Assembly (NCBI GenBank): GCA_934162265.1 | Contig: CAKPHZ010000001.1 | Span: 3,547-67,546 of the forward strand | DNA length: 64,000 nucleotides | Direction of reading: 5' to 3' | Source of the DNA: an uncultured Bacilli bacterium | Lineage (GTDB): Bacteria > Bacillota_I > Bacilli_A > RF39 > UBA660 | Shown: piece by piece, positions 1 to 11,757 of the stretch | How the letters are laid out: each line of letters opens with the position of its first letter | Position numbering within the stretch: the stretch's first letter is position 1 | The notes under the pieces: model-generated | What the model was told of the DNA's origin: nothing | Database searches by the model: none | Seen by the model: the letters and a program-made list of their open reading frames with translations, nothing else | Made by a program: the position numbers and the translations under genes

Positions 1-28
1 TCAATTTTTTTGGATGGTTTTAAAATAC

Positions 29-1180
<1,152 letters not shown>

Positions 1181-1256
1181 TTATATCATTTTTTAACTAT
1201 TCTGTAAAATAGAACAATACATAATAAAAAGTTAATATTTTGTTAGATTAAAAATA

Positions 1257-3719
1257 TTAACTTTTAGTATTTTTTGTAAGAGATTTTTTCTTACTTTCAT
1301 TTAGGACTTGTAAATAATTATAATTTTTTTGATATTCATCTCTTGCCCTTTCATCATAAGAAAGACATGCAGATATGATTTGATAATTTTTATTAATTCC
1401 TACAAACCAATCTTTATTTCCAGTGATAACTAAGAAATCTTTTACCTCTAAAGGAATATAAAATTCTTTTTCTTCTCTCTTTTCTTTTTCACTGATTGCT
1501 TTTTCCTCTATGCTACTGTAATAAATACTATTGATAAGCATATGTAATCTTTCTTGATCAAGTTCTGTTGTAGGATCAAAAATATATGGTTTATTTCTTT
1601 TTTGAGGAATTCTTACTGGATTATCATAATACTTAGGAAGAGCATTTTCTTTTTTTGCTATAATATAATTCGTTACTTCTTTTTTCATATAATCATTATA
1701 GCAAGTACTTCTTAAAGGAATATAATGTTTGAAATCAATTTTTTCATCAGTTGTTTGACTCATATATTCTGGATAATGAATATCTGTCATGGTAACTAAA
1801 TCAATATCACATCTTTTATCTTCTATAATTTGGTTACTCATCTTTTTCAGTATTTTTAATATCATAAAAAATAAGTTTGGATCTTTAATGACAGGATCAA
1901 TACTATTAAGATTTAGCATATTTCCATTTACTGTTGCAGGAATTACATATCTTACTTCTAGATAATCAATATAAAATACTGTCCCACATGGATTTAATAA
2001 GCAATAATTTAAAAACTCTTCTCCCTTTCCTCCTACTTTAAAGCAAGATCCTGTATCAATACCACTTACTAATAAATATTCATCCTCATAGTCTGCTGAT
2101 TGATAAGAGGCAGATTCAAATGAACCATAAATCTTAGGAAGAGCTCCTGCTATTTTTCTTTTTCTCTTTTTATGTAATTCTAATGTTCTTCTTAATATTT
2201 CTTCTGGTGGTTCTGTACAATATTTTCTTGATTTTAATATTTTTGAAAAAGTAGAAAGGGTAATATCTGTTTCATCTGGTTTTTCTTGATATAAAAATAA
2301 TTTAGAAATATCAATAATATCTAAAATAGAATGAATAGATAGAGAATTATCATTAATAATCTTTTCTTCTATACTAGCATAATTTTTGATAATCATAGGA
2401 AAACATTCTTCAATTCCTAATGCTTCATGATTGAATACCATTCTAAGTAAACAGTCGTTATCTTTTTTATAATTTCCTAATAAGAAGCTAGAAAACTGTT
2501 GATTGGGAATTGCTTTTCCTTGATGATTAAATTGATAGTCCATTTCTATATTTGAAAATATAGTATACAATTCCTTTAATTTTATTGAATCTTTTCTTTT
2601 TACTTCTTTGTAATGTTTAATATTTCTTGTAATTTCTTTTTGTTCATAATAGTCTTCTCTTTCTTTAATCACTTTTAGAATTAAATTTTTAAGTTGTTCC
2701 TTTCTTTCTTCTGGATAAGGAATTTTTCTAACTTCTTTTAAAGCACTCATAAAAGGAAAAGCATTTTTTCTTAAATCATAGCCACAAAAATTTTCAAAAA
2801 AGAGGATATCATTCTTATCTAAAGCACTAAGAATATCTTTTTCTATTCCAAAGTAATAAAATTTTTCTTGATTTTCTAAACGGAATTCTCTTCTTTTATC
2901 CTTAATTAAAGCGATACTTGCTCGTTTGATTGAGGCTGGTGTAGCATAAGTAAAATAATCTTCTAATATTTTTTTTGTATTATCATACCCTAGTGCTATA
3001 TACATCTTAGAAAGAGTAATTAATAATTCTTCATGAGAAATATCATGATCTTTTGATAAAGCAATTTCAATTAAAGAATTCATTTGTTTTCTAGATACTT
3101 TTTGAAAGTATTCTTTTGTAAATGTTTTTCCTAAAATAGTAATTTTATCTTTATTAATAGAATTTACTTTTACTAAAAGATGAAATTTTGTATAGATTAA
3201 TAATTCCCATTCATTTTCTATTTTTAAAAGAGCAAGAGAAGAAAAGTTTTTATCTTGTTTTGCGTTTTCTACTAATCCTTCTAAATAAGAGTCTAAAGGG
3301 ATATGTTTATCTTCTAAAATTTTATCATTAAAAATAGTATTTAAATTAGAATTACTTAAAAGAGAATAGAACTGATGAAGAGGAAGTTTTTCTAAATATT
3401 TTTTTACTTTTTCTTGAGCAATTTTAGAATGGTTTAAAGTTTCGCTATTAAAAATAAAATTTCTTATCTCTTCACTGACTAAATCTAATATTTCTTTTTT
3501 TAAACGATTAGGGGGAAGGGAGAGAATTTTTTCTAATAAACTACAATCAGATAATAATATTTTCTTTTTATCATCCGATAAATTTAGAAAAATGATATTT
3601 AATTCTGTCATACTTATCTTTGCAAATTCTTGATTGTGAATTAATTGTTGTAATTCTTCTAAAGATATGTTTTGAAAATACTGACGAAGTTCTACTATGT
3701 TTTTAGTTTGATTGATCAT
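1257..3719 (-). CDS. Large hypothetical protein, about 820 aa, no recognisable domain
   Basis: Long uninterrupted ORF. The preferred start is the ATG at 3719 (MINQTKN), preceded by an AAAGGAG RBS; the ORF-track start at 3779 would place that RBS inside the coding region. The protein is Asn/Lys/Ile-rich and matches no family I recognise. Confidence 0.5.
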   Translation of the reverse strand: MINQTKNIVELRQYFQNISLEELQQLIHNQEFAKISMTELNIIFLNLSDDKKKILLSDCSLLEKILSLPPNRLKKEILDLVSEEIRNFIFNSETLNHSKIAQEKVKKYLEKLPLHQFYSLLSNSNLNTIFNDKILEDKHIPLDSYLEGLVENAKQDKNFSSLALLKIENEWELLIYTKFHLLVKVNSINKDKITILGKTFTKEYFQKVSRKQMNSLIEIALSKDHDISHEELLITLSKMYIALGYDNTKKILEDYFTYATPASIKRASIALIKDKRREFRLENQEKFYYFGIEKDILSALDKNDILFFENFCGYDLRKNAFPFMSALKEVRKIPYPEERKEQLKNLILKVIKEREDYYEQKEITRNIKHYKEVKRKDSIKLKELYTIFSNIEMDYQFNHQGKAIPNQQFSSFLLGNYKKDNDCLLRMVFNHEALGIEECFPMIIKNYASIEEKIINDNSLSIHSILDIIDISKLFLYQEKPDETDITLSTFSKILKSRKYCTEPPEEILRRTLELHKKRKRKIAGALPKIYGSFESASYQSADYEDEYLLVSGIDTGSCFKVGGKGEEFLNYCLLNPCGTVFYIDYLEVRYVIPATVNGNMLNLNSIDPVIKDPNLFFMILKILKKMSNQIIEDKRCDIDLVTMTDIHYPEYMSQTTDEKIDFKHYIPLRSTCYNDYMKKEVTNYIIAKKENALPKYYDNPVRIPQKRNKPYIFDPTTELDQERLHMLINSIYYSSIEEKAISEKEKREEKEFYIPLEVKDFLVITGNKDWFVGINKNYQIISACLSYDERARDEYQKNYNYLQVLNESKKKSLTKNTKS

Positions 3720-3838
3720 ATGAATACTCCTTTTTACTAAATATAGATAAATTGTATCAAAAGATAAAGATTTTATCAATCTATTTTATTTTATTAAATA
3801 CTAAAAAAATTAGAGATAATCCCTAATTTTTGATATTT

Positions 3839-5248
3839 TTATTGTTCATTTATTACTTCATTTATTTTATCATGAGCCAATGTAACAGAAGGCATATTAG
3901 GATTCATCACATATAATTTAACACTAGGCATAGAATAAGTTTCACTCATACTTCCAGTACCATCTACATATTGACGTTCTATTTCAAAACTATTCATCTT
4001 ATTTAATTGATTTTTTACTAATAGAGTAATCAATTCTTTAGGCATGTCTGTTCTATATAAATCACTAAATGAATTTAGTAGACTATCATATTTTAAAAGA
4101 ATACTTCTATCTTTCATTATCTTTTCTAAGACTGCTGCTAATACTTGTTGTTGATTCTGTACTCTATGAATATCTCCATTACTGTATGCATATCTTTCTC
4201 TAGCATATGCTAAGGCTTGTTTTCCATTCATATGATTAATTCCTTGATTAACAGTCCATCCTTTAATATGAAATGACTGAAAAGTAATATCACTATCTAT
4301 ATCTATACCACCTACTAAATCTACTAATTCAACAATAGATGACATACTAACTTTAATAGAATAATCAATTTTAATATTAAATAAATCTTCTAATGTTTCT
4401 CTACTCATATCAACACCATATATACCAGCATGAGTTAGTTTATCTTTAAGTCCACTTGTACCATGTAACTGAACATAATAGTCTCTTGGAATACTAGTTA
4501 ATAAAATTTTATTTGTATTAGGATTAATACTAGCAATCATATTAACATCACTTCTAGAATTAGCAACAACACTATTACTTCTACTATCACTACCAGATAT
4601 ATAGATATTAAAAGAAGATAATTTTTCTATCTTTTTACTATTCGTTTTATTCTTCTTTTCGATAGGATAAGAATCAATAATTCTAATAGAAGAATTAAAA
4701 TCTTGATATTGTTCTTCTAACATATCTATATAACTATCTTCTATAACAATAGCATCTAATTCCTTATCCATAAGATTATAATATAACTTACTAATATCAT
4801 ATTCTTGATAATCAGCTTTAAGTTTATTTTCAATAACCTCTAAATAATTATAATAATCTGTCTCAATAGATAGATATCCTATTTTTTTATTTACTAAGTC
4901 ATCAATCTTCTTATATTGACTTTTCTTAAGTACAATAACATTATATTTTAAAGTTTCTATCTTATTATTATTAAAACTATGATTTAAATAATTAATCGTC
5001 TTGCTACCATACCAAATTCCTATTATAGATATAATCAATATGAAGATATATATTATGATGCTTAAAACTTTAAATACTTTTTTCTTCAGATGAATAAATA
5101 TAAATCCTAATATATTTAAAAGAATTAATATTCCTAAAAAAACATATAAATATTTATTAGGAATAATATTTATATCATTCACTATCTTATAACAATAAAT
5201 AGATAATAATAGCATTATTATTGCAATAATATTTTTTACTACTTTCAT
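3839..5248 (-). CDS. LytR-CpsA-Psr (LCP) family cell-envelope polymer transferase
   Basis: N-terminal transmembrane helices followed by the LCP core motif SGSDSRSNSVVANSRSDVNMIASINPNTNKILLTSIPRDYYV. The gene lies at the edge of a capsule/exopolysaccharide locus, like cpsA/lytR. Confidence 0.8.
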   Translation of the reverse strand: MKVVKNIIAIIMLLLSIYCYKIVNDINIIPNKYLYVFLGILILLNILGFIFIHLKKKVFKVLSIIIYIFILIISIIGIWYGSKTINYLNHSFNNNKIETLKYNVIVLKKSQYKKIDDLVNKKIGYLSIETDYYNYLEVIENKLKADYQEYDISKLYYNLMDKELDAIVIEDSYIDMLEEQYQDFNSSIRIIDSYPIEKKNKTNSKKIEKLSSFNIYISGSDSRSNSVVANSRSDVNMIASINPNTNKILLTSIPRDYYVQLHGTSGLKDKLTHAGIYGVDMSRETLEDLFNIKIDYSIKVSMSSIVELVDLVGGIDIDSDITFQSFHIKGWTVNQGINHMNGKQALAYARERYAYSNGDIHRVQNQQQVLAAVLEKIMKDRSILLKYDSLLNSFSDLYRTDMPKELITLLVKNQLNKMNSFEIERQYVDGTGSMSETYSMPSVKLYVMNPNMPSVTLAHDKINEVINEQ

Positions 5249-5344
5249 TCTTAATCTTACTCCTTATTAATTTTTATTGATTTTTTTCTTAATACAACTT
5301 TATTTTTATTTATATTTATGTATAATAAGATTAGGTGGTTAAGT

Positions 5345-5860
5345 ATGAATAAAAAGAAAGTTATTATTTCGTGGTTAATGGTAATGATATGGATGGGTAC
5401 TATTTTTTATTTATCGAATATGAATACTGGTGAATCTAATGGTAAAAGTAAAAAAGTAATTGATAAAGTGATTACTACTACTATTGATACTACTAATCAG
5501 ACTGGTATTACAGATGAGCATCCTACTAATAGAGAAAAAGAAAAATTAGTAGATACGTTAAATAAACCTTTAAGAAAATGTGCTCATGCTAGTGTTTATT
5601 TTATATTAGCAATATTAATACTATATTCTTTATTAAATACTTTTAATCACTTAACTCATCAATATTATCTTGCAATTATAATCACGATAGTGTTATGTTT
5701 TATTTATTCTTTAAGTGATGAATATCATCAAACATTTGTTCCTGGTAGAACAGGACAATTTAGTGATTGCCTAATAGATACAGGAGGTTCTTGTATAGGA
5801 ACTCTTTTCTATACATTAGGTAATAAAGTATATAAAAAAAGAAGAAAAAGGAAAGGATAA
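5345..5860 (+). CDS. VanZ-like family membrane protein
   Basis: Carries the VanZ-family motif DEYHQTFVPGRTGQFSDCLIDTGGSCIG. The start at 5345 (MNKKKVII) follows an AGGTGG RBS, whereas the track start at 5318 would contain that RBS. Confidence 0.7.
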   Translation: MNKKKVIISWLMVMIWMGTIFYLSNMNTGESNGKSKKVIDKVITTTIDTTNQTGITDEHPTNREKEKLVDTLNKPLRKCAHASVYFILAILILYSLLNTFNHLTHQYYLAIIITIVLCFIYSLSDEYHQTFVPGRTGQFSDCLIDTGGSCIGTLFYTLGNKVYKKRRKRKG

Positions 5861-5864
5861 TTGA

Positions 5865-5969
5865 ATGAAATATTTACTAATATTTGGGCTACTAGTTTTC
5901 ATCTTCTTCATCTTATTATTCATCTATTGTGCCCTAGTAGTATCATCTAGAAGTAATAATAAACATTAA
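5865..5969 (+). CDS. Possible 34-aa hydrophobic small membrane peptide
   Basis: ATG preceded by a GGAAAGGA RBS. The product is MKYLLIFGLLVFIFFILLFIYCALVVSSRSNNKH, and the ORF is immediately followed by a strong terminator hairpin. It is too short for the ORF track. Confidence 0.25.
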   Translation: MKYLLIFGLLVFIFFILLFIYCALVVSSRSNNKH

Positions 5970-5970
5970 A

Positions 5971-6001
5971 CTATTAACAAGTATTTGTTAATAGTTTTTT
6001 A
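5971..6001 (+). terminator. Rho-independent terminator
   Basis: ctattaacaa / ttgttaatag forms a 10-bp perfect stem with a 5-nt loop, followed by a TTTTTT run. Confidence 0.7.
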
Positions 6002-6232
6002 TCCTTCAAATATTTAATTGATACTATAATTTTTAAGACATTATTTCTAATTTAGAAAATTTAACCTACCTTGCATTCATCCATATATTGTAAATAATCC
6101 TCCATATTTATATTACATTTTTCTATTATTTCGTATTCATCTATATCACTTTTGTAACTTAAAATAATTTTTTATTATAAATATAAAATGAATTTTCTAG
6201 TTGTAAAAATACTATTTTGTTCAAAATTTATT

Positions 6233-7399
6233 TTAATCTCTAGCAAATAAATCTCTAGTATAAACTTTATCCATAACATCTTGAATATTATTGTCTAATC
6301 TATTTACAATAATAACATCAGATATTTCTTTAAATTCATCTATATCTTTAATCACCCTACTATTAAAGAAATTATCTTCTTTTAAAGTTGGTTCATAAAC
6401 AACAACTTCAATTCCTTTAGCTTTAATTCTTTTCATTACTCCTTGAATAGCACTTGCTCTAAAATTATCTGAACCAGATTTCATTGTTAATCTATAAATA
6501 CCAACAATTTTTGGATTTTTCTTAAGAATCATATTAGCGATATGATCTTTTCTCGTTTTATTAGATTCAACTATAGCACTAATAATATTTTCTGGAACAT
6601 CTTTATAATTAGCTTTTAATTGTTTACTATCCTTAGGAAGACAATATCCACCAAATCCAAAACTAGGATTATTATAGTGATTTCCTATTCTAGGGTCTAA
6701 ACATACACCATCAATAATATCTTTAGTATTTAATCCTTTTAATTCTGCATATGTATCTAATTCATTAAAGTAAGCAACACGAAGTGCTAAATAAGTATTA
6801 GCAAACAACTTCACAGCTTCTGCTTCAGTAGAACCCATATATTTAATTATTACATCATCTTTTAAACAATTATCCTTTAAAAGATTAGCAAAAACTTTAG
6901 CTCTATCACTTATCTCTCCTACAATAATTCTAGAAGGATATAAATTATCATATAAAGCTTTACCTTCTCTTAAAAATTCTGGACTAAACATAATATTATC
7001 AATACCATATTTTTCTTTCATTGATTTAATAAATCCAACAGGAATGGTAGATTTAACAACCATAGTTGTATCAATATTCATTGAAATAACTTTTTCGATA
7101 ATATCTTCAACAGAAGATGTATCAAAATAATCTTTTTCAGAATCATAATTAGTAGGTGTACTAATAATAATAAATTTAGCATTAGTAAATGCTTCTTTGT
7201 AATCTAAAGTTGCTTTTAAATTTAATTCTTTTTCTTTAAAATACTTCTCAATATATTCATCTTGAATAGGACTAATTCTATTATTAATTTTTTCTACTTT
7301 CTCTGGAATAACATCAAGTGCTACTACCTCATTATTTTGACTTAATAAAGTTGCTAAGGATAATCCAACATATCCTGTTCCTGCTACTGCTATTTTCAT
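6233..7399 (-). CDS. ugd: UDP-glucose 6-dehydrogenase
   Basis: N-terminal Rossmann motif [19 protein letters not shown], a GGYCLPKD catalytic-Cys region, and the 388-aa length typical of UDP-glucose/GDP-mannose dehydrogenases. Confidence 0.85.
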   Translation of the reverse strand: MKIAVAGTGYVGLSLATLLSQNNEVVALDVIPEKVEKINNRISPIQDEYIEKYFKEKELNLKATLDYKEAFTNAKFIIISTPTNYDSEKDYFDTSSVEDIIEKVISMNIDTTMVVKSTIPVGFIKSMKEKYGIDNIMFSPEFLREGKALYDNLYPSRIIVGEISDRAKVFANLLKDNCLKDDVIIKYMGSTEAEAVKLFANTYLALRVAYFNELDTYAELKGLNTKDIIDGVCLDPRIGNHYNNPSFGFGGYCLPKDSKQLKANYKDVPENIISAIVESNKTRKDHIANMILKKNPKIVGIYRLTMKSGSDNFRASAIQGVMKRIKAKGIEVVVYEPTLKEDNFFNSRVIKDIDEFKEISDVIIVNRLDNNIQDVMDKVYTRDLFARD

Positions 7400-7429
7400 T
7401 TTAAATTCCTTCTTTCAAATTATTTATTT

Positions 7430-9457
7430 TTATTTTATATACTTTAAACATTCAATAAAGTAATTGTTATTTACTATATCACTATGATTAAATTTATCAA
7501 GATTAAACTTTATATTACTATCTTTTTCTTTTAAAAAGTATACTTTTTTAAAGGTATAGTTAATTATACCATTTACTTCATTTCTATCCATATTAATAGA
7601 ATCAATATAGAATATATTATTAAAATCTTTATCAATAACATATTTCATAAAACTATGATTATTACTTAATATAGTGGGATACTTTCCATTTCTTAAATAA
7701 TCTTCATTATTAAATTTATAATTATATATTTTTATTTCTTCTAATATTAAATCTACTATATTAAAGTTATAATTATAGTTAAAATTTATATTTCTAATAT
7801 AACTATTATTATTTCTAATTGCATTAGATAAAGATTCTCTATCTGTATATATTTCTTCTTTTGGAATAATATCTTCTTTAGGTAATATAAATTCTTTTTC
7901 ATTTATAGAATTAGATGATATTATGTTGTCTGTATTAATTGTAGGAATAGAAACAACATCTAAAGAACCATCATTATCAATATCTTCTAATACATATTTA
8001 TTCTTCTTTACTCCTAGTTTTTTCAATACTTTATTTAAATCTATAACTGATAATATATATTTAATATTTAAAATACAATAAATACTTCCACCTATTAAGA
8101 CTTGCAAAAGCAATCTTAATATAGGAGATAAACTAATATTATTTAATGGATATATACATAATAACATTATTATTCCTTTTATAAAGAATGGAAATACCTC
8201 TTTTATATATTTTCCTACTGGTAATTCTTTTCTTACTGCAAATGTTTGATATAACATTACAGATACTTCAGCAGCTATTGTTCCTATACATGCACCTATA
8301 CTTTTTAATCTTGAAATAAATATAAAATTTAAGATTAAATTAATTAATGCTCCTAAAGAAACAGATATAATATAAACTTTATCTTTTTCCTTTGGAATTA
8401 AATACTGAGTTCTAAGAACATTAGCAAAAGATAAGAAAGGTAAAGTTGTTGCTAACATTATCATTAAGATCCCTGTTTTTTGAAATTCTTTTCCAAAATA
8501 GAATGGAGCAAAATGATAAGATATGCCTATTAATCCAAAACACATTGCAAAAGACATAAACATTACAAATTTTATAGATTTTTTTATATACTGTTCAACC
8601 TTACTTAATTCCCCTTTTGCAATAATGTTTGATATCCTTGGTAGCATTACTGTACCAAGTGCTGTAATTAAAGTCATTGGCATACTTATAATTTTTTCAG
8701 CATTCTCATAATAACCAACTTCTGTAACGCTTGTCATAGCACCAAGCATAACTTTATCCATCATTTTATATAAACTAACAGCAACTACTGGTATAAATAA
8801 AATTAAATTGGGTTTTATATGTTTAATAATATCTTTTTTATTTATAGGCACAAAAGATATTTTTTTCTTTAAAAATCCCCATAAAATTAATTGACTTAAG
8901 CATGTCATACCAGACATTATTAGTGTATACTTCCATAAATCATTTTTTCCTTTTACTAGTAAAAATATTAATAAAATATTCCCTAGTTTCACAAAAGTAT
9001 TTCTAGTAATTGTTTTTTTAAATTCTTCCATTCCAAAGAAGAACCAGTTAACATCTAATATTGCTGATAAAACAAACAAAGTTTGTATTATTGCTATATT
9101 TTTGTATTTTATATCAAACAAACATATATATCCAATATAAGCAATTAACATTATAATTCCCATTAACAATTGAAATAAATATATACTCCAAAAAGTTTTT
9201 GATAATTCTTTTTTATTATCTCTAACTTTTGCTATTGAGCGATTACCATAATTATTAACCCCTAACAATGTTAATAGCATAAAGTAATATACTATTGAAT
9301 ATGTATATGAATAAGTTCCTACCCCTTTAGCGCCAACTACCCTAGCAAGATAAGGTGCTGTAATCAATGGTATTAGTAAAATTAAAATTTGATATATAAG
9401 ATTATATATAAAATTCTTTTTTGCACTATTCACAATTATCAGCATCCTTTTTTGCAT
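7430..9457 (-). CDS. wzx: Wzx-type polysaccharide flippase (MOP superfamily) with a C-terminal soluble extension of about 200 aa
   Basis: The first ~480 aa are polytopic membrane protein with the polysaccharide-biosynthesis (Wzx) topology. Residues ~480-675 are hydrophilic and Asn/Asp/Tyr-rich, with no transmembrane segments. Confidence 0.7.
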   Translation of the reverse strand: MQKRMLIIVNSAKKNFIYNLIYQILILLIPLITAPYLARVVGAKGVGTYSYTYSIVYYFMLLTLLGVNNYGNRSIAKVRDNKKELSKTFWSIYLFQLLMGIIMLIAYIGYICLFDIKYKNIAIIQTLFVLSAILDVNWFFFGMEEFKKTITRNTFVKLGNILLIFLLVKGKNDLWKYTLIMSGMTCLSQLILWGFLKKKISFVPINKKDIIKHIKPNLILFIPVVAVSLYKMMDKVMLGAMTSVTEVGYYENAEKIISMPMTLITALGTVMLPRISNIIAKGELSKVEQYIKKSIKFVMFMSFAMCFGLIGISYHFAPFYFGKEFQKTGILMIMLATTLPFLSFANVLRTQYLIPKEKDKVYIISVSLGALINLILNFIFISRLKSIGACIGTIAAEVSVMLYQTFAVRKELPVGKYIKEVFPFFIKGIIMLLCIYPLNNISLSPILRLLLQVLIGGSIYCILNIKYILSVIDLNKVLKKLGVKKNKYVLEDIDNDGSLDVVSIPTINTDNIISSNSINEKEFILPKEDIIPKEEIYTDRESLSNAIRNNNSYIRNINFNYNYNFNIVDLILEEIKIYNYKFNNEDYLRNGKYPTILSNNHSFMKYVIDKDFNNIFYIDSINMDRNEVNGIINYTFKKVYFLKEKDSNIKFNLDKFNHSDIVNNNYFIECLKYIK

Positions 9458-10601
9458 TAAACAATTGACTAGAGAAATACATCAACATCCAAATGAAAAA
9501 AAGTGCAAATGTTCCAGAATAACTAAATGGCTCAGTTATCCACATAAAAGCATAAGAAATCATTGTTGAAATAAATATATTTTTGATTTTAGTATCCGTA
9601 CATTTTAAAATTCTTTTACTAACAACAAAAATTAAAGCAAATATATAAAGTAATAATAAAACTCCTCCTTCAAACAAAAAATTTAAAAATTGATTATGTG
9701 TTGATGATGCCCCTAACATTAATGTTCTTTTAATTGAATCAACTCTACCAATTCCTATAATTGGGTGAAGTTTAAAATATATTAATGCTTTATTCCAAAT
9801 GTCTATCCTTCCAGAAAATGTAATATCTTTATGCAATATATTTTCAATAAAATTTCTAAAATAAATTTGAATGTTTGCACCTATTATGAGAAATGACATT
9901 ATACCAGAATAACAAAAAGCTTTGAATGGTGTAATTATTTTTTGAAATAGTTTTTTAGTCATAACAATATATGAAAGAATAAATATTAAATATCCTAACA
10001 ATCCGGTTATTGGTTTGGTAATTAGCAGTGTAATTAATACGCAAAAAATATAAAAATATGATCGCAATCCAATTTTTTTATTCTTTATATAATCAGCAAC
10101 TAATATCAAACATGTTCCTGGTAATAAATATCTAATGGCTACATTAACATGATCAAATAAATAGTAATTTCTTACTGTTGAAACATGATATAAGCCATCT
10201 GGGAAAAATATTACAATAAAAAAATTAATATATGTAAGAACTTCAAAAGCAAAGGCTGGTGCTCTCAAATATTTTAAAACCTTATTTTTATCAAAATATC
10301 CCCATAATAAAAAACTCATAACAGAAATTCCATTTTCAAACACTAGTGAATATAACGAACCATTGTTCAATATTGTAGGAATTAATAACAATAAGTAATA
10401 GCCACAAATATACTTAACAAACTTGCTAAAAACTATTTTTTTATTTAACAAACTTACAGAAATAAAAGTAAATAAACTTCCTATAAAATAGTAAATAGAT
10501 ATTTTTTCTATATAATGACCCAAGCATGGAATATATATGGTGCAAATAAAATTAAAAAATAAGAAAAACATTATTATTTTATCTTTCACATCTTTTATCA
10601 T
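9426..10601 (-). CDS. wzy: O-antigen/capsule polymerase-like (Wzy / O-antigen ligase family) membrane protein
   Basis: 391-aa polytopic membrane protein with a large loop region, located in the capsule locus between wzx and the glycosyltransferases. Confidence 0.55.
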   Translation of the reverse strand: MIKDVKDKIIMFFLFFNFICTIYIPCLGHYIEKISIYYFIGSLFTFISVSLLNKKIVFSKFVKYICGYYLLLLIPTILNNGSLYSLVFENGISVMSFLLWGYFDKNKVLKYLRAPAFAFEVLTYINFFIVIFFPDGLYHVSTVRNYYLFDHVNVAIRYLLPGTCLILVADYIKNKKIGLRSYFYIFCVLITLLITKPITGLLGYLIFILSYIVMTKKLFQKIITPFKAFCYSGIMSFLIIGANIQIYFRNFIENILHKDITFSGRIDIWNKALIYFKLHPIIGIGRVDSIKRTLMLGASSTHNQFLNFLFEGGVLLLLYIFALIFVVSKRILKCTDTKIKNIFISTMISYAFMWITEPFSYSGTFALFFIWMLMYFSSQLFNAKKDADNCE

Positions 10602-11757
10602 ATATGTTTTCCCCCTCTATGTAAGATAAATATTGCTTTGACATATCGTATTCATTATATTCAAGTGCAGTTTTTATTGCATTTCTAGAAAGTTTATCTA
10701 TTTTTGTTTTATCTAATTTTTTAATTTTTTTTATGCATTCTACTAAAGAATTTATATTAGGACTAACCAAAAATCCATTATCGCTATCGACAATAATTCC
10801 ATCTATTCCTTCTTTCAGAGTGCCAATAGTAATACAACCTTTCGACATTGCTTCTAAATAAACCAATCCTAATGTTTCTTTTACACTTGGCATACAAAAG
10901 ACATCACTTTCTTCCATTGTTTTTAAAACTTCTTTGCGAGATTTTTTTCCTAAAAAGCAAACATTTTTTTCAATTTTTAAATCAGATACTAGTTTCTTAT
11001 ACTCATCATTCATTTTTCCAACACCAATAATATCTAACTTCCAAGTATTTCGATCAAAAGTAGATAGGGACTTTATTAATAAGTCTAAATTTTTTCTTTT
11101 AATTAATTTTCCAACATACAAAAATTTTAGCATTTTAGTATCTATGACTTTTTTATTTTTTAGTTTTATAGTATTAACCCCTGAATTAATAATTCTATCA
11201 TCTAAATTTTTTAAATTAAATTTTTTAACTTCATCATGAATAGCCTTACTTCTACAAAAAACTTTTTGAAAATTTTTTTCTAAAAACTTTTTGAATTTAG
11301 TCGGATGTTTTTTTAAGTACTGCAAATCAGTTTGATGTAAAATGGCATATTTATTATTAGAAAATATATTAACTAAAAATTGTGAGGTCGAAGGTAAATG
11401 AAAAACAATAAATTTATAATTTTTTAACATGTTATTTTTTTTCAAAATTCTCTTACTTACATAATAATCAAATGAATTTCCATTTATTTGATTGGGAATT
11501 AAGTTTTGTCTTTCAGATATGACGACATTAACATTATCACAATCATAATTATATCCATTTAAAATTTTTTTCATCTTATTAGGAGTTATAATATTTTTTA
11601 TTTTTGAAAAACCATTAATATAATTAAAAAGAACATTAACATTATAATCATTAGTCCAATATTTTACCAAAGTATGAACACAATCAGAATCTTGTATCAA
11701 ATCATTTCTTCCCATGATTTTATATAAAGGCGTTACTACTAATACATCATCCTTCAT
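10579..11757 (-). CDS. Glycosyltransferase family 4 (GT-B, GT1/GT4 fold)
   Basis: C-terminal motif EAMSKGCITIGTLKEGIDGIIVDSDNGFLV, typical of GT4 EX7E glycosyltransferases. Confidence 0.8.
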   Translation of the reverse strand: MKDDVLVVTPLYKIMGRNDLIQDSDCVHTLVKYWTNDYNVNVLFNYINGFSKIKNIITPNKMKKILNGYNYDCDNVNVVISERQNLIPNQINGNSFDYYVSKRILKKNNMLKNYKFIVFHLPSTSQFLVNIFSNNKYAILHQTDLQYLKKHPTKFKKFLEKNFQKVFCRSKAIHDEVKKFNLKNLDDRIINSGVNTIKLKNKKVIDTKMLKFLYVGKLIKRKNLDLLIKSLSTFDRNTWKLDIIGVGKMNDEYKKLVSDLKIEKNVCFLGKKSRKEVLKTMEESDVFCMPSVKETLGLVYLEAMSKGCITIGTLKEGIDGIIVDSDNGFLVSPNINSLVECIKKIKKLDKTKIDKLSRNAIKTALEYNEYDMSKQYLSYIEGENIYDKRCER

